Source: the human T2T-CHM13v2.0 reference genome, Homo sapiens. Taken from it: a DNA stretch of 64,000 bases. The notes below the pieces were generated by a model. The model saw only the letters and a list, made by a program, of their open reading frames with translations. It searched no databases and was not told the DNA's origin. Positions within the stretch are counted from its first letter, which is position 1. Every line of letters starts with the position of its first letter. The position numbers and the translations under genes were made by a program. The DNA lies in assembly GCF_009914755.1 (NCBI RefSeq), contig NC_060925.1. One strand, 5' to 3'. This document shows positions 29,333 to 44,400 of this stretch, one piece after another.

Positions 29333-31456
29333 AAAAGAGACTGCCAGGAAAGGACAGAATCTAGCCAAAGGAATGTATTACAAATGGTGGAATTAGAGAT
29401 AGTTCTATAGGTCACTCAGGCGAGGAGATGGCCTTTTAACCTTAATGAAATCTAGGACACTCTGGGGTTTTATGGGGGAGTCACATGGGGGGAAGTATTG
29501 GGAAGATAAGGGAATAAAAATCATCACTTACCTAGCCTCTCTGCTCACCTTTAAGTCCAAAGAGTTCCTTTTCCTTTGCTATCTCCGTAGGCAGCACTTT
29601 ATGTTGTGTTTTTTATAATCAGAGGAAACCGATGGCACCATAAACTTCTAGAAAGTCAACTACCACCTTGGTTCTGTGTGGGAAAGTAAAATTTTATGTT
29701 TTCCATAAATACAAGATGAAGACAGCATTTAAAGCCTATCCCTGAATTGGATAGATCATTTTAAAGTGAGTTTGTTGCATTTAGAAACCATGATCCCTAT
29801 TGGCCCTACAACAAGGCAATTTTCATATCAGGCAGGTCCTGGCATCTGGGGAGACTGGCTGTTTCCTTTGTTGCCAGGGAAATCATTTCAAAATGGAAAA
29901 AACCCTGAATGCCAGCCCCCAGCAATCTTCAAAACAATACACATTCTTTAAAAAAAAAAAAAGAAAGCCAAACAACAAAACAATAGGTAACACAAAACCC
30001 AGTACATTACTGTACACTAGAAAGGTTTTTTTCTTTCCCAACTGAAGGGATGAAAGGGCATCATAATTTTGTTTTCAAATGTGTTTAAGAACCTGTTATT
30101 AAAACGGAATTAAACCCAAGTCCCAGGGCAGCCGCTCTGCAACTACCGGGAGATAATCTTGATAATGCGATTAGGGCCTGCTTCAGTGGGGCTGGGAGGG
30201 GAAGGGAAGTCGAGATGCCCAAGCGGGAGCTCTACTGAGTCACCTGCAACTGCCCGTGCCCGAACACAGATGCCTCGATCTCCCCATAACCGGGCAATGG
30301 ACCCCTGCTCTTGGGAGCTACTAGGGGCCTGAAACAATAAGACGAATAATAACATTTATTGATGGCTCCCTATAAGCTGTGCTAAACTTTCACATGTATT
30401 TTCTCATTTCTATCCTGCAAGGCAGATACTGTCATAGACACACCTGCACACACACCCATGTTCAGACCAGTGCAGAAATCATCAATGCTGATGCTGTCTT
30501 GATGGACAATTTTGAAATTTCCTTCATCACAGATCTTTTGCACCCATCGGAGTTCTTAAAATATTGCTTGAAAATATTCTTTATCTCTCCAAGTTTCTCT
30601 CTCTCTCTCTTTTTTTTTTTTTTTTTTTTTTTGGCTTCACTGAAGCCACACGGCTGATCAGCACCAGAGCTGGGATTCAAACCCAGGTCTGCCGATGGCT
30701 GAGCCTTGCCTTTCACTGCTATGATCTATCTACAGGATTGTGTGGTTTGGTACCTAACTGCAAACGACTCAGATCTCTTGGAAAACTTTTATGTACTAGC
30801 AATCTCCACTCCCACTCCACAGCGAAATAACCAGGCGGCTGTGATTGCTGCTGAAATCGTGGCCAATGACGAACAGAAAGTGGCTGTGCAAATAAGATCC
30901 TCCTCATTTATGTTACATTTTAGCCTTTGCTTTTTTATCCATCTGGAAAGCAATGCCCACTCTGCACCTCTATCTAATGGGCCCGTTCACCAGCAGGCTG
31001 TGACAGCCGCATCCTCCACAGCACTGTACTTTCACCGGAGACATCTGAAGTCGCAGAATAACGTCACTGATTAAGAGGCCAGAGGAAAGAAGGAAGTAAG
31101 TGTTCGTTGAGCTTTGACTCTGTGCCGAGCCCTGTATTAGGCCTTTTACTTACTAGATCTCATTGAAATGTCACAAAAATTCTGTGAGGGAGATGGTGCT
31201 CTTCTCCCCATTTGTAGATAGGAGAACTGAGGCTGGAGAAGCTGAGCAATTCTTGGGCCAACAGGAAAGGGTGATGTTACTTGCTAGAGGTCAGAGGCAG
31301 TGAATAAAGGCTATGAGGACAGACCTACTCTCTGATAATTCCATCTGAGCGGTCTGTAGCCCTTTCTGCCTGGTTGAGCCATCTTTATTTTCTCATGGAT
31401 GGTCTCTTGAGGCCCCATGGACCTGTGGCCAGTTGAACATTATTCTGGGTTAAGAG

Positions 31457-31660
31457 CAGAGCTTGGCAAACTTTCTCCACAATGGGCCAGATAGTAACTA
31501 TTTTAGGCTTTGAGCAACATATGGTCTCTGTTGCACTATTCAACTCTGCTGTTGTAACAGGAAAGCAGCTGTAGACAATATGTAAATGAATGGATTTGGC
31601 TATGTTCCAATAAAACTTTATTTACAAGAACAGGTGGTGGGCCGTAGTTTGCTGATCCTG
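31457..31660 (+). mobile_element. MER58A (hAT-Charlie)
   Basis: GGCAAACTTT...GGGCCAGATAGTAA.TATTTTAGGCTTTG...CCAATAAAACTTTATTTAC; perfect 8-bp TSD GTTAAGAG (31449-31456 / 31661-31668). Confidence 0.92.
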
Positions 31661-31678
31661 GTTAAGAGCATAGTTTCT

Positions 31679-32074
<396 letters not shown>

Positions 32075-32717
32075 TTAGATTCTGAGAAATGTTCCTTATA
32101 CCATGAGCCTCAGTCTCTTCATCCATAAAGTGGGTCTGTAGTCACACCTACCTCATCTGAGGTGTCTGTGTGCCCTGGGTCAGGAAGGAGGCAAGAGGAG
32201 GCTCCCAGGGGAGTGGTCAACTCCATCAGCTTCATTATTTCCTCTCCCCCAGGGGCAGGCTTTAGCCAGCGGCCGGCAGGACTGGACAGCAGCTGTTTCC
32301 TTTGAGCGATTGCCCTGTTACTAGGTGTCAGTGTGGGCACAGGTCCAAAGGAGGCTGCTGGGACCATCCGCAGTGTCGGGGAAGTGGGTTGCTGACACCA
32401 TAGGCCAGGGTGGTTTACTTGATACTAAGCCCCAAGAGTGGGCAGAGACACCCCATGAAGCTTCTCACTTCCAGTCTGAGCATGTTTGGGTCGGCTCCAT
32501 CCCTTGTCTTCGGGACTAAACAGGAGGCCGATGTTAGGCTGTGGGAGGACGAAGTTCAGCTAACACATCAGGTCCCAGGCACCATTCCTAGCAGCTCCTC
32601 CCTCCAAACCATGAGTATTTTGGTTCTTAAAAGCTAAGTACATTTCTGTTTTATATGATGTGATTATCTTTACCTCTGACCAATACTGGTCTTTCTTGAT
32701 ATCTTTCTTTTAATGGG

Positions 32718-33048
32718 GTGTGTGTGAGTGTGTGTGTGTGTATATGAGTGTTTGCCTGTGTGTGTGTATGTGTGCATGTGTATATGTATGAGTGTGTGTT
32801 GGGGAAGGGAGGGAGGCAATTCACAAGAAACACCTCTCTCTCCTAAACTTCTCATTTTTCTAAGAAAGACACTATTTACTGATCACCTGCCATGTGCCAA
32901 GTACTAACCTGAGTGCTTTTCATCCATTATTGCCAATACTTATATATATATGTATATATTATATATGTAAATATATATATACACATATATATGTATATAT
33001 TATATATGTAAATATATATATATATGCACACATATATATATATATATA
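32718..33048. repeat. (TG)-rich and (TA)-rich microsatellites
   Basis: TG-rich 32718-32800; TA-rich 32940-33048 at the tail of the adjacent antisense Alu. Confidence 0.9.
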
Positions 33049-33332
33049 TTTTAGAGAGGGGGGATCTCACTGTGTTGCCCAGGGTGGAGTTCAGTAGCAC
33101 AATCATAGCTCACTGTAGCCTTGACCTCCTGGGCTCAAGCGATCTTCCTACCTCAGCCTCCTGAGCAGCTGGAACAGCAGGCGTGCATCACCATGCCTGG
33201 CCAGTTTTAAAATTCTTTTTTTCCATACAGACAGAATCTCACCATGTTGTCCAGGCTGATCTCAAACTCCAGGACTCAAGCAATCCTCCTGCCTTTGCCT
33301 CCCAAAGTGCCGGGATTACAGGCACACCCAGC
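33049..33332 (-). mobile_element. AluJ element
   Basis: ATCATAGCTCACTGTAGCCTTGACCTCCTGGGCTCAAGCGATC. Confidence 0.92.
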
Positions 33333-33659
33333 AATGTGTGTATATCTTTTAAGTAGTACATGGGAGGCATTCTTACTCCTATTTGCACATGATGAAACTG
33401 AAGACAGGAAGGGAACTTGGTTCGCCGGGGCCACACAGGCAAGAGAGGGAGAGTCAGGAGCCAAGCCCAGACCTACCTAATACAGAAGCACTTTTTTCCT
33501 TTCTCGATTGCCAGCTATCCCTTCTCTCTTTAACCCATCCTCTGCAGAGTCAGTGTTCAGAGGTGTCTTTCTAGTACATATTTTGGAGCAGAGTTTGACA
33601 TTCCCTGTCAAGTTAAAAGGACACCAACGTATTTCATATCCTCATATTAAAAGCCAATG

Positions 33660-34582
<923 letters not shown>

Positions 34583-34633
34583 TTAGTGATTCCTACCTGA
34601 TTATGCATCAGAATCTTCTAGTAAGCTCGTTAA

Positions 34634-35021
<388 letters not shown>

Positions 35022-36539
35022 GGATCCATATTTTTATTTGGCTCCTCTGCTGGTTCTAATGCAACCAACCCAGTGTTTGAGAACCAACAGCACAAATGAT
35101 CCTTCTGCCCAGGCATGGGACTGGTTCGATATTTTTACATTTGGGGTTGTCCATGTACCCCTCTTTATTCCGCTGCCCCAACAAAGATGGTCCTTTCCAC
35201 TTAGATACCTGTGACCAACCTCATCTTGTGTCACACCACCAGCATCCAGCCAGATCCTGCGGACAATGGGGTATTCAAACAAACAGGAGATCCATGGGCA
35301 CTGAGCAGACCTCTCTGTCCTCTTCTAGCAATCTTTAAATATGTCCAGTGGCTGCCTCTTTTTTTTTTTATTACTGCTGTTGCACTGAAAATGTGTCATC
35401 ACTGTTTGCTGTGCAACCTTTTCATCCCATGGACTAGTTTGGCATCAAAGGAATGACATTTATCGACTCTGCTGATAGAATGATTGATGAGTAAGTCATG
35501 CAATGGTTTCAGTCCCCGTCAAAATCAATTATTTAAGGGCTATACATTTATATTTGCTGTCAAGAAGCCTGACGTCACCAGAGTCAACCTTCAGGTGCGT
35601 GTTAGGGGCTGGGGTGGGTGTGGGGAGGCAGAATAGTGGCGTGGTTGAGGGCACAGGTTCTGTAGGCCAACTCCAGGCCTGGAATCAGGGCCAGAACCTC
35701 TCAGTGTATCCGTTTCCCTGATATGAAAAGTGGAGGGGCTAACCATCCTTACCTCCTAACGATTCAGTTAGAGAAAGCCCGGAGACCATTAGACACTGGA
35801 CTTGGCCCACTGTCAAGCCTGAATCTTCACCATTATCATCACAGCTCTCCATAGCCTAGTTGTTCTGTTAAAGCACACGGCTGCCTAGTTCGGGACAAAG
35901 TCAGCCCCTCCCCACTAAAGGCTGAAGTGCACCACCAGTGTCCAAGGGTGTCATTTTCCTTTGGCAGTTTGGAGGCTACAAGAAGGAGAAGCTTTGCTCA
36001 AAAAAAAAAAAAAAAAAAAATAACATACAGAAAGGTCAGGAGATGGATAACAATGTCTTCGGAGATGAGTTGAGCTGAGACCTCAGCCATCTCATCCTTG
36101 GAATTTAAAAAAAAAAAGCTTTACAGAGAAGCATATATTTTTTATTAACAGCCCAGCAATATCTATAATGACGGAGAGGGTCTGCCGAAAGAATAGAGCC
36201 TCCTACCCCAACTTCTGGCCCCCTTTCCCTGCCGTCTCAGCGAGGATCTGTGTATCTACCAGAGAAGATCTCGTGTGTGGTTATTATAGAAGTGATTGAA
36301 TATGGGACAAAGCATTATGGTCTTGTTGGGTGAGTCGGTATCAGCAGGATTTGTAGAGGGTTTTGTTTTCTTCTCCTCGCCCCCTTTCCCTGTTCTTTGT
36401 AATGTCTGTGTTTACAGGAATAGGACTTGCATTTGCTTGTCTATAATAAAGAAGTTATTAATTGGATTAAAAAGAAGGGAAAGGTTTTCAAGGAGGGAAA
36501 CCAAGAGATTCAGAATTTGGGGAGTTGCATGTAATTAAA

Positions 36540-37238
36540 ATATTCATTTCCTGTGGCTGCCAGAACAAATTCCTACAAATTGAATCACTTAAGGCAGCAG
36601 AACGTTACTGTGTCTGTTGAGAAAGCTGGAAGTACAAGATCCAGGTGTCCACAAGGATACACGCCCTCTGAAGCCTCTGGGGGAGGATACTTCCTTGCCT
36701 CTTTCGGCTTCTGGTGGCTCCAGACACTCCTTGGCTTGTAGCAACGTCACTCCAGTCCCTTTCTCCCTTTCACGGGGCCTTCTCCGTGCCTCTGCGTCCT
36801 CTCCTCTTCTTTTTTTAGTTTTTGAGACAGAGTCTCACTCTGTCGCCAAGCTGGAGTGCAGTGGCATGGTCTTGACTCACTGCAACCTCAGCCTCCTGGG
36901 TTCAAGTGACTCCTGCCTCAGCCTCCCGAGTAGCTGGGACTACAGGCGTGCGCCACCACACCCAGCTAATTTTTGTAGTTTTAGTAGAGATGGGGTTTCA
37001 CTGTGTTGGCCAGGATGCTCTCGATCTCTTGACGTCGTGATCCGCCCACTTCGGCCTCCCAACCTGTCCTCTTCTTATAAGAGAACCAACCGTTGAATTT
37101 AAGGCCCACCCTAAATCCAGGAAGACGTCATCTCAAGATTCTTAACTAATCCCATCTGCGAAGATGCTTTTCCAAATAAGTTTTCCATTCTGAGATTCCA
37201 GATGGATGTGAATTTTTTGTGGACACCATTGAACACAC
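36540..37238 (-). mobile_element. MLT1B/C-like LTR interrupted by a 5'-truncated AluSc-like element (36810-37062)
   Basis: CATTTCCTGTGGCTGC...CCCTCTGAAGCCTCTGGGGGAGGAT...CATCTGCGAAGATGCTTTTCCAAATAAG; Alu stops at CGGCCTCCCAA. Confidence 0.85.
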
Positions 37239-39349
37239 TCTGGCTGTTTACTCCATCTGCCAGCTGGGATACTCACAGGACAGATGAGGAAAGTGAAGCA
37301 TACGGAGCCCTGGCTGTCCATGGAAATAGAACAGAGTCCATCAGCATCCTCAGAGCACATGGTTTTCAGCTCTCCTTGAAGGCGCGGACCTCCAGAAGGG
37401 TTCACGTCACCTTGATGAGGGGACTCGAAGGTGAATTTGCACTGGGTTCCCTTTCAGCCAAGCATCAGTTTGCTCCAACCTCTTGAGCACACAGAAGTTG
37501 AGAAAAATTGTTATTTTAGCAAGAACACTAGAGGACTGTGCTGTTCTCTGAACCACGTTCATCTGATTATGCATTTGAGGGTATGAATTAATCCACGACA
37601 CAGGAACACTGAATAAGTTGTGCTTTGCCAGTCGGGCTGCCTGTGTTTTATCTGAACAAAACATCTGACTTTAACCCCAGGCAGATTTCTCTTCAGGTTG
37701 TAATTATTCTGGAACAAACAGAGAATTTGGGAAGGGGCATCCCAGTGGGAACAATGATACCTCCTGTGTGGAAGGATTCCCACTGGAAATTTTCAAAACA
37801 CAGTGTACTGAAGTTGACCCGGATAACTGCTGGCTGCAATCCAGCTTACCCTCTTTTATGTAGATGAGTTCTCAAAAAAAAAAAAAAAGAATGAAAATAA
37901 TTTCATTTTCAGATTAGATACCATTCTATACAACTCGGAGTGATCAAATCGCTCCTTGAAGCCAAACCGGAACAAAACCCAGATTCTCTACACTTAACAC
38001 CTTAAATCCATCTTCTTCATCTTCCTTTTGAAAATGAAAATCCTTTAAGCTCCAGGCGCAGGAATAAACACTGATGTGACTGTTGCTCAGATAGGAAGAT
38101 TACCAGGGAAAAAAACACCAATTCTGAGGTTGCTTTCAAATGCTATGATTGTATGGCCCCAAAGGGACTCTTCTACACCTCTAAATAAATTCTTCCACTA
38201 TTAACGAGAAGGAAAATGAGAGGGAAATGAAAGTCTCCGAGAAACCTGGGAACTTCATATGTAATTTCCTTTCTTGCAAATAGAAGGCCCTTGAATCAAA
38301 ACTTTTCATGCAGGCCCCTTTCACTCTGGCCTGCTCTGTGGGAACCTATTCTGCTTCAGAAGTTTATTGAACTGAACGTCCCTGGGTGAGTCCATCAGCG
38401 GTTCATGGCTGTCCTTTGTCCCAGCTTTCCAGTCCTATGTGAAGTGGCAGGAAAAGGAATTTGGGCCCGTATCTCAGATGAGGAAGCTGAGGTCTAAAGG
38501 CACAAAGAGACCTCAGAAGGTCTCCTCACCCAAGTGCTGAGTTCTTTCTCGGGAGTAGCCAGTGGACTTGAAAAAGGGTCGATTTTGCCCCTCTCCCAGA
38601 GCCCACCTGGGGAAAGGGCCGAATCCCTTCTTCCTGTTTCCCCTCCTCCTTCCCCACCTGTCCCTCCCCACTTCCTCTCTCTTCTTCTCTGTGAAGCAGG
38701 AGGTGTTGCCTCCTCCCCTCCCTGCTAGGATGTTGATGCTGCTTTAAAAATCTGTCAGCAGCTGCTCCCCAGGCCTCCGTAAGGTGATAGTTTGTCGCAG
38801 GAATTCAGACTGTAAACGTCATCTCCCCTTCTGCGACATGCATCTGAGAGCTCCTATTTTTGAAAAAATAATAGAATAGGTGCATGCTAATGGCATGAAG
38901 CCGGCTGCAGCTCACGCAGCTTGACATCAATTTGTAACTGCAATATGTTATATATTGAAAAGGAGTTTGCGTTTGGAATTCTCTTCTCCCAGAGCAGTAC
39001 ATAGAATAGAAACCATGCAGAGACCCCGGAGACCCTTTCAGACAGAGAACATTTATCATGGCCTTGGACAAAGGGGGATTTTCAAAGGTTTATGCTATTC
39101 GTAAACATCTTTTAACCCATTGTTATCAAGGTGTTTCTTCTATTGCTTGGAAATGATGGGAAACTGAAGACACAGAGTGGGACCTTTATTCAAGGCTAGG
39201 AGTTGGCCTGGGGTGCAGCCACCATCCACCTCCACCCCAACTTGGGAAGCCCTGGCTCTCTTCTGTGAGAGGATGGATTTTGTTAGCATCTCCAGTCTGC
39301 TGAAAAGGGGCCGTCTGGGCTCTGGAGCTTTCCTGTGAGCTGGCTGAGT

Positions 39350-39487
39350 GCTCTGGGTTGCTATTAGGAGCCAGTAGGTAAAGGTCAGGGGAGGCTGCCA
39401 AACATCCCACAATGAACAAGACAGTCTCCCCACAACAAGGAACTATCTGACCCCAAATGTCCACAGTGCCAAGGTTGAAAAACCCTG
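39350..39487 (+). mobile_element. MER20 3' half
   Basis: GCTGCCAAACATCCCACAATG...CCCACAACAAGGAACTATCTGACCCCAAATGTC...GTGCCAAGGTTGAAAAACCCTG. Confidence 0.85.
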
Positions 39488-39528
39488 CTCTAATTCAACC
39501 CTTTTGATTTCCAAATAGTAGAACCAAG

Positions 39529-39847
39529 AGCTGGGCGCGGTGGCTCACACCTCTAATCCCAGCACTTTGTGAAGCTGAGCGGGGAGGATTGTTTGAGGCC
39601 AGGAGTTTGAGAACAGCCTGGGCAACATATCAAGACCCCATCTCTACACAAAAATGTTTAAAAATTAGCCAGGTACAGTGGTGTGCACCTATAGTCCCAG
39701 CTACTCAGGAGGCTGGGATGGGAGGATCGCTTGAGCCCAAGAGTTTGAGGCTGCAGTGAGCCAAGATCGTGTCATTGCATTCCAGCCTTGGTGACAAAAT
39801 GAGAGCCTGTCTCTAAGAAACAAACAAACAAAAAACAAATAATAAAA
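39529..39847 (+). mobile_element. AluJ element
   Basis: GGAGGATCGCTTGAGCCCAAGAGTTTGAGGCTGCAGTGAGC; (CAAA)n tail. Confidence 0.93.
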
Positions 39848-40362
39848 CCGAGGCCCTGTGAACCTCGTCTCCAATATTAAAACCTCTCCCAGCTGAAACC
39901 ATCCTTTGTATGTGTATTTTAAAATAGTTCAGTGCAATGAGAATTAATGAACAACTGACCAACTTTTCCTGGGTACCGCCAATCTATCAGAGGCTACCAA
40001 GAAGTACAAATCTGCCCTCAAGATTACCATTGACTTGAGGAGTCATCTTTAAAAGAGAACAGCCATATAAGATGGCATCCCCTGTACAATGGCAAACTGG
40101 TGGCCCCTAGCTGATCTGGTCTATGTAGATACTTTATTTGGCCCGAGAGTCTTCTCCCTTCCCTTCCCTCCCCAGCCCTCCCCTCCCCTTTTTCATTCCC
40201 TTCCCTTTTTCCTTCCCTTCTTCCATCCTGCTTTTAGGCAAAAACTTAGACTCTTTAGTATACTATAAGTTTCTCTCCCCACAAGATAGTTCATCTTTAC
40301 CAGCCCCAGAGGTGCAAGCCCACCTCCTGAAGGCATTTGTGTTTGTGTCCTCCTAGTCAAAG

Positions 40363-40908
40363 GCAGGGGTATTCAAGCCTGAGCGAGCCTCAGAGGCACC
40401 TGGAAGCCTCGTTGAAAACAGGTTGCTGGGTCCCACCCTAGAGCTGCTACCTTCTGCTTCAGTAGGTCTGAGGTGGGGCCTGCTGATTTACGTTCCTAAC
40501 ACGTACCTAGGTGATGCTGCTGCCACTGCTCCAGGGGCTACACTTTGAGAACTCAAGGATTCTCAAATGATAGTATGCATCAGAGTTACCTGGGGAGCAG
40601 GTGAAAGCCCCGGATACCATGAACTCATCCCCTCTGATTCTGATTCAGTAGATCTGGGGAGGGGCCTGGGCATCCCTACTTTGAACAGGCCTTCCAAATG
40701 AGCCCGATTCATACCAAGAATTTGAGAATCATTGCCCTTAAGAGTCCAATAAGTGGTATAGGCCAGTGCATGTGGATTTGAATCTCTTGTTAAAACACAG
40801 ATGCTGATTCAGTAGGTCTGGGCTCAAGGCCTGAGATTCTGCATTTCTGGTTAGTTCTCAGGTGACCCCTGTGCAGCTGGTCCAGGTGCCACACTTTGAA
40901 CAGCAAGG
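40363..40908. mobile_element. Three adjacent MER5A/MER5B-like elements
   Basis: Three copies of the (GA/GC)TTCAGTAG(G/A)TCTG core, each followed by a TTTGAGAA/TTTGAACA-type terminus. Confidence 0.7.
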
Positions 40909-40915
40909 GATAGTC

Positions 40916-41126
40916 CAGTGTTTCTCGACAAGGGGTGACTTACCTTCTGAGGAACATTTGACAATGTCTGAAAACATTTTTAGTAATCACGGCTGGAGGG
41001 TGGGGAAAATTCTACTGGCATCCGGTGGGTGGAGGCCATAGATGATGTCAAACATCCCACAGTGCACAGGAAAAACAAAAGATTCAATCCCAGAATTGGA
41101 ATAGTGCTGAGGTTGAGAGGTCCTGT
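40916..41126 (+). mobile_element. MER20
   Basis: CAGTGTTTCTC...ACATTTGACAATGTCTGAAAACATTTTT...GGGTGGAGGCCA...AATAGTGCTGAGGTTGAGA. Confidence 0.85.
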
Positions 41127-41269
41127 GGTAGAAAAAGGCATTGAGAAGTTGCCTAATCACAGATGTTGAGCCAGGGTGGTCAGTGAAGGCTTCCTGGAGG
41201 AGGGGGTACTTAAATGAGGGCTGTTGTCCAATATTTGGTTTATCTAGGGTCTCCCTTCTCCACAGCGCA

Positions 41270-41445
41270 TGCTGCTATCTAATATATATTTAACTTACAT
41301 GTCTTACTTACAGCATTTCCCCTGCTAGAATGCAAACTTCAGAAGGGTTAGAACATCTGGTTGGTTCATTTAGGTATCTGCAGTACCAAGAACAGTGCCT
41401 GGCACATAGTAGGTGCTCAGTAAATAGTAAATGAATGAGTGAATG
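41270..41445 (+). mobile_element. L2 3' end
   Basis: AGAACAGTGCCTGGCACATAGTAGGTGCTCAGTAAATAGTAAATGAATGAGTGAATG. Confidence 0.85.
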
Positions 41446-44400
41446 GCAGAGTCTTTGGAGAAACAGAAAGGAGGCTGGTGCTGGGTCACGTACTGGGGGA
41501 GATGGCAAAATTATTTGTGTCATCATTCTTTCACTCCCCCATTCACAAAACATATTAAAGACCTGCTTTGCACCAGCTCCCTAGGCACAAACCCTTGATC
41601 TGTTCTTCGTCAAGGCTATGAGATAGGCCCACCACTTATTTATTGCTTTTCAGACATTGAGAGAAGGGCAGTAGAATTTCCCCCCGTGGGCAAAGGGCCC
41701 ATCCTTTTTTTTTTAAAGGACTGTTTGAAACATCCTAATTTTATGATGCCAGCAAAGGAATCTCTGTATATGATAAAGAAAAGTAAAAATGAAAACAAAT
41801 GTTTATATCTCTTTTCAATTCACTGCTTTTCTTTTTTAACCTCATTTCCATCCAGAAAGTTCTTGCCCCGTATTTTTTGAAAATTGGAAAATCAGACCCT
41901 TAATTTATGTGTCTGCATTTGCTAGAGTGAGCGGAGGAGTGTGGATTCAAAGGGCCTCTTTTTAGAACATTCCATTTTCCCATTAGCGCAAGCCTCTGAG
42001 GCACCTTTGTGCTACTCTCTTTAGAAAAGAGAATATTACAAAAACACGTTCTAATTATTGTTGGCCTTTCATTACTTTAGAGCTTCTGCACAGCCTAGAA
42101 ATGAACATCCTTGCCTCAGAATTTTGTCCTTATTTTTTTTTTCTTTTGGGAGATGTGTCATCCCTACAGGGCTATTTATGAAGCCCAAGCTGGCAGAATT
42201 TGTCTAATGTGCGTAATGTAGAAGAGGCCAACACCATAATGAAAGGAGCACCTCTGAGCTCATTTGCATTCCCCCAGCTGGTTGGGAAACAAAAGCCCAC
42301 TCCGTGCTACACTTCATGGTTCACTTATTGTGGTTCATTTCCTCCAAATCGAGTGGTAGGTTAAAAAGAAAAGAAAGTCAAGTCTTTTCTGCAGTGTCCT
42401 CTGCCCGGCATTCACAGCTGGGTTTTAATGTGGACAGGTTGTTGTTGCATCTGGAGAAGGAAGAGTCTTTGAACATGATGTGGCCCGAACCCTCCCTTTC
42501 GACAGGTCAATTCCATAACAGTCTGGCTCTTTCTCGAAGAGCTCCCAAGGCCGAGGATCATTGAAAGCTCAGTCGTTTTAGATCCCGCCCAAAGAATCAG
42601 CTCTCTCCTCTCTGGCTGTGTCCAGTGTATTACCTGTTGGTATCCAGGCACTTAGGTGTGGGTGGAAGAATTGCTCTCTGACAAGTTTCAGCAGACACAG
42701 AATTTATCAAAGGCTGTCAGGGGGCTCACAGAATCCAGAAGGTCAGAGAACCAGGTTCGGAGCAGCTACACAGCAGGAACAATGCCCAGACCCCATTGCA
42801 GGATTGCTTTGCGGAGACAGCAGCACTGCCATTGCTGAGCACAGGCACCAAAAAGTGTGGCCCTGACACCATACACCAACAGCCACCTCTAAGCTGCTGT
42901 CACTGCTGTCTCTGGGCACAGGATAGGGCTACCATAGCCTTCTCCGAGATCTGTCTGATGCCCTCTTCTCTGAGCCACAAGCTTCTACCTCAGAGTCTGG
43001 CTTAGGCACAGCCTGATCGTTGGATCCCAGGCCACGTGCAAAAGAGGCCGAGAACGTTTCTGGCTTTTAATTTGGAAAGATGTAGGCTTATAACATTGGG
43101 GAACTCCTGAAACAAAAATGGTGTTCAAAGATCAGCGTGGCCCAAAAGAATGACAGATGCCCATTAGCCTAGGAAGGCCTTACCTTGGTACATTATATCA
43201 CAGCTGGAGGTTACAGGGCAGCAAGAGACGGAGGCCCTTCAAAGGATTGCCACTGTCCCTGTGTCCCATCACAGGCTCAACTGCACTGAGATTTTACCAG
43301 CCCCCCTCTTCCAGTCCTTGACTGAAGGTGGATTCTGCGAGGAACTGACCAGGGCTGGCCCTGGATGGACACATAACCATGCCTACAACCCACAGCAAAG
43401 CTTCTTGGACACCCAGGTGGTGGTTTCAAAGTGGCCCATTGCACTGAGCCTTTGTTTCCTTCTTGGAAGCAACAGCCGTGGGCTTGTGATAATTTGATTG
43501 TTTTGAAATGGGAACAAGTGACTGCCTGAAGAAGGGCATGCATGATGTGAAGGCAGTTTGAAGAATGCCTGAAATTCAGAACGTCAGGGAGGAAGCGTCC
43601 TTCGAGATCATCAGGGCCAGCCCCTGCATTTCACAGTAGGAGCAGCTGGAGAAGGAAGACGTGTTGTTGGATCCATCAGCTGCTGTTGGATCCATTGTGC
43701 TGCCTCAAGGATGCAGGCTGTGGAAACAGGGAGCTGCAGATGCCTGAGTGACTTTGACAGAAACTTACCAGGAATTGACGTAGTTTAACATATTTATCAA
43801 ACAAAATCTTTGCTGAATTCTTGGCGCCGGTCAACCCCTTCCCCTTCCCTCCGTGTGCTTTCTCTTCCCAGGCTAAGGAGTCTTAACACCTTAATGTTCA
43901 GAATCTCAGAGAAGGTCCTGTGTGTCATCAAGTCCAGGGATTCTCAAAGTCCTCAGTCCTCCTTTGTCAGATTCACCACTGGACTTTGGTTAGAAGCAAA
44001 ATTCCTGAATCACTCTGCAGTGATGCCCAGGGATGTGAGTTTTTACAAAAGCTTCTCAGGTTATTTGTAAGCACGTTGAAATTCAAGAACCCGTAGATCT
44101 AATCCAAACTCCTCATCTTATGCATGGGGAAATGGAGACTCAGAAGAGAAGTACAGAAACTTGCTCAAAGGTGAACAGATGGCCACTAGCAGAGCTGAGC
44201 CTAGAATTTTCTTATTCATATTTCTAGTCCTTTATTTCTGACTCTGATCTTCTGGCTTCTCCAGCAGATCTCTTTTTTTGTATCTAAATTAGGTGGCATT
44301 GAAAGTCAACAGCAGAACTGAAAGTGAGCCCTATTTTATGCCAAGAAGATCTTTCCTGCAAAGTTGTGAGATGCATTTGCTCTTAAATGCAGCTGTGGTC

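Noticed and set aside
35570-35577. Perfect CRE TGACGTCA (also 57381-57388) and AP-1 TGACTCA (47515-47521)
   Set aside because: Isolated 7-8-mers are expected by chance in 64 kb.
36000-37888. Isolated poly(A) runs (36000, 36106, 37874) as retrocopy tails
   Set aside because: No TSDs or upstream recognisable mRNA/SINE bodies.
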